Below, in pieces: positions 1 to 10,299 of a stretch of DNA of 64,000 nt. Source of the stretch: Leidyana gryllorum EB-2025a. Taxonomy: Eukaryota; Protista; Apicomplexa. Numbering within the stretch: the stretch's first letter is position 1; each line of letters starts with the position of its first letter. The notes below the pieces were generated by a model that was not told the origin of the DNA, did no database searches, and saw only the letters and a list, made by a program, of their open reading frames with translations. The position numbers were made by a program, and so were the translations under genes. Location of the stretch: assembly GCA_048772705.1 (NCBI GenBank), contig JBLWGC010000043.1, positions 186,001 to 250,000 on the forward strand, read 5' to 3'.

Positions 1-3000
1 AGACAACTTGGGGAAGGCGTTGTGGCCAATATGTGAATGGCAGACGATCAGGAGTAAGCCAAGATTTAGCGAGGATGCTTTCGTTTGGTAATTTGCCGAA
101 GAACTTGATGTGGTCGAGTTTGGTTGCTCGGCTGGCAGCGACGTAGAGGAAGCGATAATCTTGCTTGGACAGGTCAATCCCATAAGGATGATCGAATGTA
201 CGACCCTGCGCTTTGTGGACAGTTAGGCCCCATGCAAGATCGATAGGGTAGATTCGCTTATTCTTATGTAGCATCGGAGCAACTCGACATAGTTTGTTGC
301 GATTGAGTTTGATCCACAAGTCGTGTTTGAGGGCTTTATGTAAATGGCCAATGCTTCCATTGGTGTAGCCTTTCTTGACGCTTATGTTGGTCGTTATCAT
401 GGTCTTGGCGTTGCGTTTGAGTATGAGTTGCGTCCACTTGTGTATGGTTCGTTTCGAGTTGGTTCTAGTGGATATTGTCTTGATAGTATATGAGGTTGTT
501 ACTTGAATGGGTGTGCCAGGCATATGTTGTACTCTCATCTTGTTATAGCGTGTCCTTTCTTCATTGTGACGGAATAGAACGAAAGGTAAGGTGTTGAGAT
601 CTTTATCAGTGCCTTTGTGAGCATCTACGAACTTGGTGATGGTGGATTTATCGCCGTGTTGAAGAGCTTCGAGGAAGTTAAGGAGATCTGGATCTCGTCC
701 GTGTCGTACGTTATCGATGAGATCGAACCTTGTAAAGAGCTTTGTGAAGGATGGATCTTCATCAAGTGGAGTTGCTCTGACAGGTGGGAGCTGATCGAAG
801 TCACCGAAGGCGATAATAGAGATTCCGCCATATGGTAGGCTCTTGCGAGAATCTGGTTTCGAGTTACCGAGGTTAGTTAACCCTAAGTTTAAGTCGCTTA
901 GAAGCCGTGGCGCCACCATGGATATTTCATCGATAAGGATCAATTCGACGTGTGACGCGTTGTTATGGAGTGTATTCCACGAGCGTGATTGTGTAGTGAG
1001 TACGCTTCCATGGTTCAAGCCAGCAAAATGATGAATGGTTTGGCCCTTGATTAAATAGGCAGCCGTTCCTGTTGGTGCGATGACTTGGCACATGGGCTTG
1101 TCGAGGGTTGTCTTGCCCTCATTGGTATCAATGACTTGGCAGATATGTCGTATCTTGTTGATGAGGAACGATTTTCCAGTGCCTCCTTTACCATGAATGA
1201 GCCATAACAGCTGTGAAGTCCTGCTTGTGTGGATCCACTTGTAGAACTCTATGAGTACTCGAAACTGCGAGGTAGTAACGGTTGAGTTGGGGTCGAAGGA
1301 AAGGGTAGATTGAAGCTGATTTGTTGCGTCATGGTCATCGTCGTCATCATTGTCAGAGTCGTCCGAAGTTGGAATGTCGAATCCAGGATTGTTGAAATCG
1401 TCGTTGACGTGTTCTGGTTCATCATCTTCGTCAGGGGCGTTATCATCGTCGGTATCGTAGCAAATGGAATTTGGTTGCCATCGTGGTTCGTATGGCCGTG
1501 ATTGATGAGCACGTTCAAGGATCTCTTGCTGAGTTTCCGGTGTGTAATCGTTGAAGCACAAGAGTTGATGGACGTCTCTCCAAGGTAAGAAGTAATAGGC
1601 GAGTGATTTGTCGTCGTCAGCTGGGGGTAATGTGGGTGGGTATTGGCCTGCGACAACTACGGGAGCTTGGCGACGTGTGAGATAAAGTTTCTTAGCCGGT
1701 GGAACTGTCATGGGTATGGATCCTGGTTGCCTCTTCGAAACGACATAGTCTCGCGTGAATTCAAATATGCTTAGAGATTCGAGCATGGAAGGACGATTGG
1801 CGTAAATCGTTGGGTATGGTGTAGGTAGTCGAATCTTGGTTGCTTCATCAACAGATTGTGGGCGGTGTATAGCGACCATGAAGTTGAAAGGCTTGAGATA
1901 TACTGTGTTCCATGTGGTCGTTACTGGAAAGCGGCCTTGGCAGGTGAGTGTTGCTTCTTGTAGACTGAGGCGACGTGATAGGTTTAGGTCTTGTGTTTTG
2001 AATAGCGCTTGAGTCATTGTGCGAGTGTTATCGAACGCATCTTCTTTGAGCAATGTGGGTTCGGACTTAGAGACGTACTTGGTGATATATTGGATTGCTT
2101 GGGCGATAGTTGTTACCGGAGAGATGTCCATGTTAGAGTTGGTGTATGGGAAGATGATGGGGTTGAAGTCGTTGATGTTGGCGTCCATAACACGTCTTTG
2201 GGCAAGATAGATAGGGGACGGAAGTGATTGTGCTATCAGGCGATAGTAGGTTTCATGATTTGATATTCCGATGAGGGCGAGCCATTGATCGAATGTAAGT
2301 TGATCGAATTCCATGTGGGTGAACTCCATTGTTTTGTATTGGAGTCTCTTTTGCCAACTGTATACGATTGCTCTCGCAGCTCTTCTATCTTTGCTTTCCG
2401 TATGTGTTGGCAGTAGGAGTTTGCCTATGGGTGTAGGGAGTCGTGGAAAGCGCCATTTGCATGTATTGAGGGGTTTGAGATTCTTCTGACAACGTTGATA
2501 ATGTGTATGGGTTTGAACGCGGCGTATCTCTTCGTCATCTGTCGATGCGAATATGATTTTGTTGAGGAACGTTTCCCATTCGAGAATTCTCCCCGCGCGT
2601 TCGCCCGGCGTGCACAACTCGAGTGGTTTAGGTGTATTTTTACACCATAGAAGGCAATGGGCGTGAGGAGTACCGCGTACTTGATACTCAATCCTCTCGT
2701 AGTGATGGTAGAGGGGGTAGCCGAGCGTAGTGAGATGACGATTAAACTCTTGGAGGAGTAGTGGGAAGAGCTGGCCAGCAAACTCAGCAGTCAGTCCATA
2801 ATCCTTGACGGTTCCGAGAGGAAAATCTTGAAGGCTATAGTAGTATTGAGTTTCTTGTAGGGTTGGATACTTGAAGAACAAATGGGGATCGGATAGTGAG
2901 ATGGTAAGGAAGATTGACGGTACCCCAAATTGCGCAATCATGTTCTGAAGTTGATATCTGGAATTGACGAAATAAGGTGGAAAGGGCGGGATAGTGGCAA

Positions 3001-4468
3001 GAACGGTGCGAATCATCCGATGGTGTGATACATTCTTATTATTGCGAACCATGTCAACGAGTTCTCGTACAATTTCTCGGTCGAGTATCTTGCGAGTGGC
3101 TGTTGTGGACTCTAAGTGAGGTTCTGGGTCTTCAGTGTCAGCTGGTGAAGTGGTTGAGATGTGGCGCTGATGCACTTCTTGATTGATCCAGAATTGCCCT
3201 TTCTTGGATACTGTTTCCTTGAGTTTAGCTGCCAATAGAGTGAAGACGTATAGGTGGTCGCGAATATATTCTAGACGATAACTAGACAGGCGCTGCTTTA
3301 TATATGTTGAGAGGTGAAGATTCTTGGGTATGTGGTGCATCGCGTTATTGGTATTGCGACGCGAAGCGGAAGTTGAGTGCTTGAGCAGTTGTTGATAACT
3401 CGTGTTCCCGTTACATGAGTAGAAGAAGTGTGGAAAGGAGTCGTATTCTATATCGTGAGACGGAGACTTGAAGTAGTATCGTGAAGAAGCGCCAATAGCA
3501 TGATAGTAGATTTTGTCTTCGAACGGATTGGCCTGATAGTTGACTTCCGTAGATCCCATGAGTATAGAGGGAGCTTCAGGCGGGGGTGTAGTCTCGAGTG
3601 TGGAGCGTTCGATCTGTCCTGTATGAGGAGACGTTTCAGTGAGCTCGAGCACTGGGAGGTTGTCGGGAAGATCCTGTTGTATGTGGGAGGTCCCGTAGCG
3701 GGAATCTCGGAGCGATAGTAGGTTGAACGCGTGAATGATGTTTCTACTGTTGAGTTTTCCATAGAAGTGGGGGTGGAAACTGTGTGTGTTGAAGTAAAAC
3801 TTCGCTGGTATGACTTGGGAGCGTTCAGCCAGTGGAATGAGCTCGGAGAAGGCGTATAGATCAGTATACTTGTGGTATACGGCTATAGTTGAGTGAATCC
3901 CTGAGTAATGCTTCAGCCACACGCAAGGTTGTGCAAGGGCGATCGCTCGTTTCTCAATCATGGATAAATTGAGAAGGAAGAGGTTGGGTAGTGGATTGAT
4001 TACGTTGCTTGCACACCGGATGATAGGTTGGGTATAGTCAGAGCACGTGCGACAGATGACGAGGAGCTGGGCAATCAATGGGAGTATTTGGTCGATTGAC
4101 TCTGGTAGTTGATAGGGGAAATGCGGCCGAAGTCTATGTAGTATCATGAACGTGGGTGTGGGATCGAGACGAATTCTGATAGAATCGGGCAGGTTGGTCC
4201 ATTGAACGGGTGTCAAGTCGTCCATAGAACATCGTGAACCGCAATAACTACACGCGAACAACTTGAAAGAGCCGAAATGAAGTGGAGAATCGACTGATTC
4301 AAGGATGCCAGCAGTGACCCATGATTGAAGTAAGGTATTTCTTGCTTGTCGGATTGTGCTCCACGCATGAGCTTGGTCTTGAAGTGTTGGTGGTTGGATG
4401 AGCAATGATTGAACTCTCCAAATGCGTTGTAACTCTTCGAAAGTTTCATCTTGGAGTAGCCGATTCAT
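1..4468 (-). CDS. Helitron RepHel transposase: Cys-pair region, HUH/Y2 Rep endonuclease and PIF1 (SF1B) helicase; 3'-partial, >=1489 aa, intronless
   Basis: Manual translation shows no stop from ATG 4468 to the window edge; the upstream in-frame stop is at 4484-4486. N-terminal CSYC and CRTC. Rep motifs: GVPSIFLT (~2902-2925), EYQVRGTPHAHCLLW (~2645-2690), QTHTH..C..CKWRFP, NMDI and YITKYVSK (~2066-2089). Linker: RRLSLQEA, YANRP..LESLSIFEF, FLPWRD. Helicase: HGKGGTGKS (~1170-1195), APTGTAA, GQTIH, LIDEISM, FGDFDQLPPV, LAWGLTVHKAQG, YVAASR. Confidence 0.95.
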   Translation of the reverse strand, partial: MNRLLQDETFEELQRIWRVQSLLIQPPTLQDQAHAWSTIRQARNTLLQSWVTAGILESVDSPLHFGSFKLFACSYCGSRCSMDDLTPVQWTNLPDSIRIRLDPTPTFMILHRLRPHFPYQLPESIDQILPLIAQLLVICRTCSDYTQPIIRCASNVINPLPNLFLLNLSMIEKRAIALAQPCVWLKHYSGIHSTIAVYHKYTDLYAFSELIPLAERSQVIPAKFYFNTHSFHPHFYGKLNSRNIIHAFNLLSLRDSRYGTSHIQQDLPDNLPVLELTETSPHTGQIERSTLETTPPPEAPSILMGSTEVNYQANPFEDKIYYHAIGASSRYYFKSPSHDIEYDSFPHFFYSCNGNTSYQQLLKHSTSASRRNTNNAMHHIPKNLHLSTYIKQRLSSYRLEYIRDHLYVFTLLAAKLKETVSKKGQFWINQEVHQRHISTTSPADTEDPEPHLESTTATRKILDREIVRELVDMVRNNKNVSHHRMIRTVLATIPPFPPYFVNSRYQLQNMIAQFGVPSIFLTISLSDPHLFFKYPTLQETQYYYSLQDFPLGTVKDYGLTAEFAGQLFPLLLQEFNRHLTTLGYPLYHHYERIEYQVRGTPHAHCLLWCKNTPKPLELCTPGERAGRILEWETFLNKIIFASTDDEEIRRVQTHTHYQRCQKNLKPLNTCKWRFPRLPTPIGKLLLPTHTESKDRRAARAIVYSWQKRLQYKTMEFTHMEFDQLTFDQWLALIGISNHETYYRLIAQSLPSPIYLAQRRVMDANINDFNPIIFPYTNSNMDISPVTTIAQAIQYITKYVSKSEPTLLKEDAFDNTRTMTQALFKTQDLNLSRRLSLQEATLTCQGRFPVTTTWNTVYLKPFNFMVAIHRPQSVDEATKIRLPTPYPTIYANRPSMLESLSIFEFTRDYVVSKRQPGSIPMTVPPAKKLYLTRRQAPVVVAGQYPPTLPPADDDKSLAYYFLPWRDVHQLLCFNDYTPETQQEILERAHQSRPYEPRWQPNSICYDTDDDNAPDEDDEPEHVNDDFNNPGFDIPTSDDSDNDDDDDHDATNQLQSTLSFDPNSTVTTSQFRVLIEFYKWIHTSRTSQLLWLIHGKGGTGKSFLINKIRHICQVIDTNEGKTTLDKPMCQVIAPTGTAAYLIKGQTIHHFAGLNHGSVLTTQSRSWNTLHNNASHVELILIDEISMVAPRLLSDLNLGLTNLGNSKPDSRKSLPYGGISIIAFGDFDQLPPVRATPLDEDPSFTKLFTRFDLIDNVRHGRDPDLLNFLEALQHGDKSTITKFVDAHKGTDKDLNTLPFVLFRHNEERTRYNKMRVQHMPGTPIQVTTSYTIKTISTRTNSKRTIHKWTQLILKRNAKTMITTNISVKKGYTNGSIGHLHKALKHDLWIKLNRNKLCRVAPMLHKNKRIYPIDLAWGLTVHKAQGRTFDHPYGIDLSKQDYRFLYVAASRATKLDHIKFFGKLPNESILAKSWLTPDRLPFTYWPQRLPQVV

Positions 4469-4505
4469 TTGAAGGAACAGTAGTCAAAATTGGGTAAAGA
4501 ATAGG

Positions 4506-5864
4506 ATGAACACGACATTAGACAGAACACTGTGGATTGAAGGACAGCTTTTTTGTCAAATATTGATTGTTGCACTCAAATCATCCACTGTTACACAGAA
4601 GCTTGTTGAGATGGAAAAGAACACATCAAGTTCGGATATTCCGCTGGGTTACCTTGCGTTGGAACGGCTGATGGAGCAACGTCGTCGTCAAACTGGAAGA
4701 GGGAACGCGAGCGACATGTTGATGCAAACAGCCAGTCGCGAGAGTGGAGTGGAGGAGCGCCGAGAGGATAGCGCAGTGGTGACGAGTGAGAAGAAGCAAC
4801 ACATGCAGGAAATGATTAATAAGGTGTTGCAAGACACGATTTACGTTGGTCGCTCACCTGAGTTTGTTGCTCCTGTTGTGATCTCGTGGTTCTCAGACGT
4901 GAGGAAGCACTTATTCTTCGATCAGGGAGATGATGTGAAGTCTAAGTTGCGTGATGGTTGTAGGTATCGTCACTACAACACCTTGGAGCGAGCTCTGGAG
5001 GAGGTGGCGGAAGCAGCTGAAGTGTTCGATGGAGTGAGGGGGCGAGTTAACTTGAGTGCTTGGTACTTAATCTCTTCGTGCCAGTACTTCCAAGGGCCAG
5101 TGATAGTTGGCACTCAAATCGATTTCCAAGCACTGTGCATGAACGTGAATGATGTGTTTAAGCCGCGCACGAGTGTGAGGAAATTCGAGTTGAATGATCT
5201 CGCTGGATTGCGCAATCATTGGGTGTTCGTTCACGTGAGGATCTTGGAGTTCCGGAGAAAGCAGTTAGCCATCAGGATGGGCTTGGATCGACGGCCTGTG
5301 CTCGAACCGATGACGGATCGTGACACGGAAGAGCTAGTTCGGATGGCTGAGGAAGAAGAGAAGAGGGTTGCGAGACGGAGAGCGGAGATGAATGACCGGT
5401 TGCGAGAAATCAATATCAGGGAGTCAGAGCTGGGTCAAGTTGCGAAGCGTGCGAGGACTATAAAGGGGGTGGGGGAAGTTGGTCTTGGACCTTCCGTAGC
5501 AAGTAAGCGAGAGGAAGGACCGAGAATCGAGGCGGCGGATGGGGACTTAAAGGGGGAAATAGAGGAGATGAAGAAAATGATGATGAGTATGGCAAACCGG
5601 TTGGAACGAATGGTGATGAAGGAACCTGATGTCGTTGTTGATCATGAATCATCGATTGAATCAACCCTGATTCAACCGACGTTGCAGCTGGACGATGTTG
5701 CGGGGGGGAACGGCGTGTGGCCTCTTGGGGTTCCTGTGTCAGGTGTGGAAGATCGTCAGATGCCAGAAGGAAAGGTCGGGGCTACTGAGGGAGGTGGAGA
5801 GCAGAGTCCAGTAAGGGAGGATGAAGGAGATACAGATAGAGAGGGCGGAGAAGGTAGCAGTTAG
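4506..5864 (+). CDS. Unknown cargo protein with a coiled-coil segment, divergent from RepHel (start may be ATG 4611)
   Basis: 452-codon intronless ORF with a globular-looking centre, a charged coiled coil (RMAEEEEKRVARRRAEMNDRLREI) and an acidic tail. No recognisable family. Confidence 0.7.
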   Translation: MNTTLDRTLWIEGQLFCQILIVALKSSTVTQKLVEMEKNTSSSDIPLGYLALERLMEQRRRQTGRGNASDMLMQTASRESGVEERREDSAVVTSEKKQHMQEMINKVLQDTIYVGRSPEFVAPVVISWFSDVRKHLFFDQGDDVKSKLRDGCRYRHYNTLERALEEVAEAAEVFDGVRGRVNLSAWYLISSCQYFQGPVIVGTQIDFQALCMNVNDVFKPRTSVRKFELNDLAGLRNHWVFVHVRILEFRRKQLAIRMGLDRRPVLEPMTDRDTEELVRMAEEEEKRVARRRAEMNDRLREINIRESELGQVAKRARTIKGVGEVGLGPSVASKREEGPRIEAADGDLKGEIEEMKKMMMSMANRLERMVMKEPDVVVDHESSIESTLIQPTLQLDDVAGGNGVWPLGVPVSGVEDRQMPEGKVGATEGGGEQSPVREDEGDTDREGGEGSS

Positions 5865-6069
5865 GAGAAGTGTCTTCACGTACCTGATAGGTAGCATGAC
5901 GGACCGATTGCATCAATATTACGAGTGACTGCTTGTGAGTAAGATGTAGGACGACAATGGAATGCGTTAATGCGGGGGAGGAGAGAAGAATTGCAAGTAA
6001 AGTTGAAAGCTTAGTGGAACAGAATGAAAGTAGTATATGGCTTACGAACTACTCGCAGAGTAGTCGCGT

Positions 6070-7260
6070 ACAAGCAGCAAACATCTCGCAAAGAACTGGC
6101 AAACCAGTCGCAAACACGTGTCAAGAAAGTCGCAAACAAGTGGGAAACATGTGGCAGACAAGTTTGAAACAAGTGTCAAGTGAGTGCCAAACATGTGGCA
6201 AACAAGTAGCAAGTGAGTGGCAAACATGTGTCAAACAAGTAGCAAGTGAGTGGCAAAGATGTGGCAAACAAGTAGCAAACATGTGACAAACAAGTGTCAA
6301 GTATGTCGAAAACAAGTGCCAAACATGTTGCAAACAAGTGGCAAACAAATGGCAAACAAGTGGTAAACAAGTCGCAAACAAGTGTCAAGTATGTGGGAAA
6401 CAAGTTTGAAACAAGTAGCAAACATGTTGGAAACAAGTGGCAAACAAGTCGCAAACAAGTGCCAAGTATGTGGCAAACATGTGTGAAAGAAGTATCAAAA
6501 ATGGCACGAACATGTGTCAAACAAGTAGCAAATATGTTGCGAACAAGTGTCAAGTATGTCGGAAACAAGTGACAAACAAGTATCAAACATGTGATAAACA
6601 AGTAGCAAACATGTAGCAAACATGTTGGAAACAAGTGTCAAGTTTGTCGCTCACAAGTGGCAAACATGTGGCAAACAAGTAGCAAATATGTCGCAAACAT
6701 GTTGCAAAGGTGTCGCAACAGTGTCGCAAACATGTGGTAGACAAGTGTCAAACAAGTACCACACATGTCGCAAACATGTGGTAGACAAGTGTGAAAGAGG
6801 TAATAAATATGTGACAAACAAGTGACAAACAAGTATCAAACATGTGACAAACAAGTAGCAAACATGTGACAAACAAGTAGCAAACATGTGACAAACAAGT
6901 AGCAAACATGTTACAAACAAGTGTCAAGTTTGTCGCTCACAACTGCCAAACATGTTGCAAACAGGTGGCAAACAAGTAGCAAACATGTGACAAACAAGTG
7001 ACAAACAAGTAGCAAACATGTGACAAACAAGTAGCAACAAACAAGTAGCAAACATGTTACAAACAAGTAGGAAACATGTTACAAACAAGTGTCAAGTTTG
7101 TCGCTCACAACTGCCAAACATGTTGCAAACAGGTGGCAAACAAGTAGCAAACATGTGACAAACAAGTATCAAACCAGTGGCAAACAAGTAGCAAACATGT
7201 GACAAACAAGTAGGAGACACGTGACAAACAAGTAGCAAACATGTGCCAAACAAGTATTAT
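6070..7260. repeat. Degenerate ~11-bp-period satellite (CAAACAAGTGG / CAAACATGTGA / CAAACAAGTAG variants)
   Basis: Directly visible periodic CAAACA(A/T)GT units over ~1.2 kb, more homogeneous toward 6820-7250. Confidence 0.95.
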
Positions 7261-7439
7261 AGATGTGTAAGACATTAATCATGTCGTACACCGTGTACAA
7301 GGGTGCTACAAGTGTGATAGCATTCTACAGAGATGTGCATCGGGTAGGGAAGAGCCACAGCTTACCGTGTGCGCAGTGTGTGAGGTTTGCGAGGGTTATT
7401 GGTGGCATGTTTAGTATGTATTGGGTTGCTAGAAAAACT

Positions 7440-8537
7440 TTATTGATTGTTTGTTGGGTTCGAAAAAACTTGCTGTCTGTCTCCCTGTTCGTGAGTCGTA
7501 ACCCTTATTCCAGCGCGGGGTGTTGCCCTTGCTTGCGGTGGTGGATTGCTAACAGCCGCAGTGAGAGTGGGAGAGAGAGAAGGGGGAGCAGTAGCCAACG
7601 TAGGGGGGTAAAAAGGGTTCGGACCTCCGTAATACAGCTGAGGAGGTCCGTAAAAGGGGGTAGGAACTCCTGACGGTAGCACAGTGTATGGGGCGAGCTC
7701 GTGGGAGTTGCCGATGCCCATATATGGGTTGTACATGGCTTGTTGATGACGCCATTGGAGGGTTCGCAGTTCCATTTGGAACTGGAGGTGGCGGTCGATG
7801 TTCTGTATGTGGAACATCTCCACCTCCATCGCTTGCTTCAGCTCTTCAATCTTCCTCTTGTGTCGATCCTTGAGCCTCTTAGCCTGCTGAACTGCGGGTT
7901 CACCCCAAATGGGCACGCCATGTGTGGCAATGGGTGCGTCAAGGGCTTGAGAGCGAGCCCGAGCGGAGCTCCCTTGAAGGGGGATGGGTTCCATGTATGC
8001 TTGGTGACCCGGTGGGTGGGAGAGAGGTGTTCGAAGAGGAACAGTGTGATTGTGGATGATATCCTCAACCAACCGTTCGTCTTTGAGTAGGGATGAGGGG
8101 GGAGAAGCTGCCGCAGGGGGAAGAAGGGGGGGGAGTTGGGAGGCGCCGGTGGTAGCCGTCGAGACGGTGGGTGGTCTCTGTCCAAGCCCGAGCGGCTGGG
8201 AGAGCGGAGGGCTTGCTGTCGAGGCGGCTTCGGTGAGGTAGGACCGCGTCGGAGCCCTCACAACCATTGTGGTTGTCGCTTCCACAGGGGCTTCGGGCTC
8301 GGAGGGCTTTGGAGGGGGACTTACCTGTGTCAGAGAAGGGGGCGAACTTTCAGCGGGCTGGGTAGAGGGGGTAGCAGGGCTGTTGGGGGGCGACTCGGGA
8401 GGCGTGGCCTCGATGGTCTCTTCTTCGAGCTCAGTGTTGCTCGAGGCTTCCATGTTGAGCGTCGTTGGTACGCTGGGAAGGGCCAGAGCCTCACCTTGAG
8501 CTTCAGTGGGTGCGTCACAAAGGGCTTTCTGTGCCAT
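7440..8537 (-). CDS. Unknown Pro/Ser/Thr-rich cargo protein with a short central coiled coil (~365 aa)
   Basis: Part of ORF 7440..8684. The likely start is MAQKALC at 8537, because the upstream part overlaps non-coding 43-bp repeats. Coiled coil QQAKRLKDRHKRKIEELKQAMEVEM; YxP-rich C-terminus. Confidence 0.6.
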   Translation of the reverse strand: MAQKALCDAPTEAQGEALALPSVPTTLNMEASSNTELEEETIEATPPESPPNSPATPSTQPAESSPPSLTQVSPPPKPSEPEAPVEATTTMVVRAPTRSYLTEAASTASPPLSQPLGLGQRPPTVSTATTGASQLPPLLPPAAASPPSSLLKDERLVEDIIHNHTVPLRTPLSHPPGHQAYMEPIPLQGSSARARSQALDAPIATHGVPIWGEPAVQQAKRLKDRHKRKIEELKQAMEVEMFHIQNIDRHLQFQMELRTLQWRHQQAMYNPYMGIGNSHELAPYTVLPSGVPTPFYGPPQLYYGGPNPFYPPTLATAPPSLSPTLTAAVSNPPPQARATPRAGIRVTTHEQGDRQQVFSNPTNNQ

Positions 8538-8839
8538 GGTCAATCTTAAGCGATACAAAAAACTGGTGGCAACTTTGTATTTACAAAAAAATTTGTAACG
8601 AGATAAGGGTGACGACATTGGTAGAATCGCGAAAATTTGCGTAAAAATTTCGATGAGACTTGAACGGGTTAAGGATGACGACAAGAAAAAACACGCAAAA
8701 TATTTGCACTGGCAGCGGCAACTGTATGAGGCATTGAAGGTACATAAGGTAAGAGACTCACCTATTACATGTCTTGTTCTCGTACGTGATCACTTCGTGT
8801 ATCTTATGCTACAACGCTGCCGTCTTACCATCTTTTGTT

Positions 8840-9384
8840 TTAGATGATGTTGCCCATCTCAACTTGGAACCCTTTCCCGCAAATCTGACACTTCATGTAT
8901 CCCCGATGTACATGAGGAGGGGTAGGGGGAGCTAGGGGAGGGGTAGGGGCTGCCAGCCTTGGCAATGGCTTCAGGTCCACCGTCGAGGCCAGTGAGTCTC
9001 TGCGAGTGCTCAATAACTCTGTTTGCTCATCTTGAACAACCGTTGAGAGACACCCAATGACCTCAGTAGACGAGACCGAAGCTGAGGGAGACTGAGAATC
9101 ACTCAGTGGCATGCTAACTGGGGGGCCACTGGATGCTGGTTGGGGGAGGGAGCGAATGGGGGAGGGGTTAGCTGGCTGGGGAAAAAACCGAACAACCGGG
9201 GGTTCAGGCTCCATTGGCTGGAGCTCTACTCGCAATTGGGGTCGCGGGGCATCCCAGTTCCTCGCAAAGTGCCGAAGCTCTTCCTCGGCTATGTGAGATG
9301 TGTGGGGATGAGGTGTGGGAACTTACTTGGTGTGGGAACGTGCCAGACCAGTCTGAGTGGCACGAGGTCACGTCTTGGGAACAT
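8840..9384 (-). CDS. Two-exon unknown cargo protein (168 aa, Pro-rich, C-terminal CxxC knuckle)
   Basis: ATG 9384, exon 9384-9327, 38-nt intron GTAAGT...CATAG (9326-9289), exon 9288-8840. The spliced frame is continuous: MFPRRDLVPLRLVWHVPTP-TEEELRHFARNWDAPRPQLRVEL...YMKCQICGKG. Confidence 0.6.
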
Positions 9385-9885
9385 CTGGGGGGGAAGAAAG
9401 CGAGCGCGAGCGAGAAGAGGGCTTTTTGGATCTGAGAACAAAAATAACAGTCCAAGTCCCACGTCTCGCACACCAAATCTTGGGAAAAGTGGCTCGTTTG
9501 GGCTGCTATCTGTTGCTTGCGAGCCGCACGAGAGCTAAATTAAGGAGTCTGACGACCCTTACATCTCGATGGGAGGCTAGTTTGCTGTAGCGAACGAGCC
9601 AATTGAAGTTTGGGAAGTCTCATTTTTGCAAAAATCAGGCCTTCTCGTGTCTCAGAGAGCTCGAGAGAGTCGCCTATCTCCTATTCTAGCGGCGAGATTT
9701 CGCCTAAAATCTGGCTGCCAACTAATCAGGCCACTACTATTCCTAAGGTAAGCGAGAGAGCTAGTCTAGAGCTCCTAATCAAATTCCTATTTCACTAAAA
9801 GTCGTTTCTGGTACCCCCTAAGAACCCCCAAAAAACCTACGGTAATGGTCGGGCTCACCCTTGCGGGTTTCGCCGACCTGCACAA

Positions 9886-10265
9886 CCAGCTGATTGATCA
9901 GGCGAAGGTTCTGTATGATTTCGGTCCTTGAGTAGTTGGCACTGCTACCAGTGTAACCCTGGTCGCGGGTCACGTCTTCGGTAAGTCGGGGTTCGGGAAG
10001 CTTGGCGGGTTCAGTGGGTTCGGTCGTTTCCGTCGGGGGTTCGTCTACTGTCGTTATGGATCTCTTAGTACGTTTCGGGGGCATGTTGTTAGAACAAGCA
10101 GTCACGTAAAAAGGGTCTAACGTTCCTTCCTCCAGTTTCAGTTTCCGTGTGTGTTTGCGTTCCCCCCGTGTCTCCGTGCCGGTGCCGGCCGGCACTCCGA
10201 AGCCGGAGACGCGGTCTTACCTGTGCCGGGGGTCAGTCTAGGAGTGGGTTTGATTCCCTGCTACA
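9886..10265 (-). mobile_element. Captured 380-bp 5' fragment of a TGTA-starting foreign element (LTR-retroelement-like) with ORF start MPPKRTKR; second copy at 12619-12998
   Basis: It replaces the sequence left of AACTCTGC, which reads GACG^AACTCTGC in uninterrupted modules. The minus strand begins TGTAGC, then a GC-rich hairpin region, then ATG at 10085. Truncated at the terminus. Confidence 0.5.
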
Positions 10266-10299
10266 AACTCTGCTTTTTTGAAAATTTGGTAAGGGGGGG

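Noticed and set aside
617-4449. Short ORFs listed in the first 4.5 kb
   Set aside because: Antisense or off-frame shadows of the RepHel ORF.
5957-6920. Cys/His/Thr-rich ORFs on both strands
   Set aside because: They are by-products of the 11-bp satellite; the same applies to 16617-17153.
9847-9885. Hammerhead ribozyme (CGAAAC in the hairpin)
   Set aside because: No CUGANGA core or NUH cleavage site in the required arrangement.
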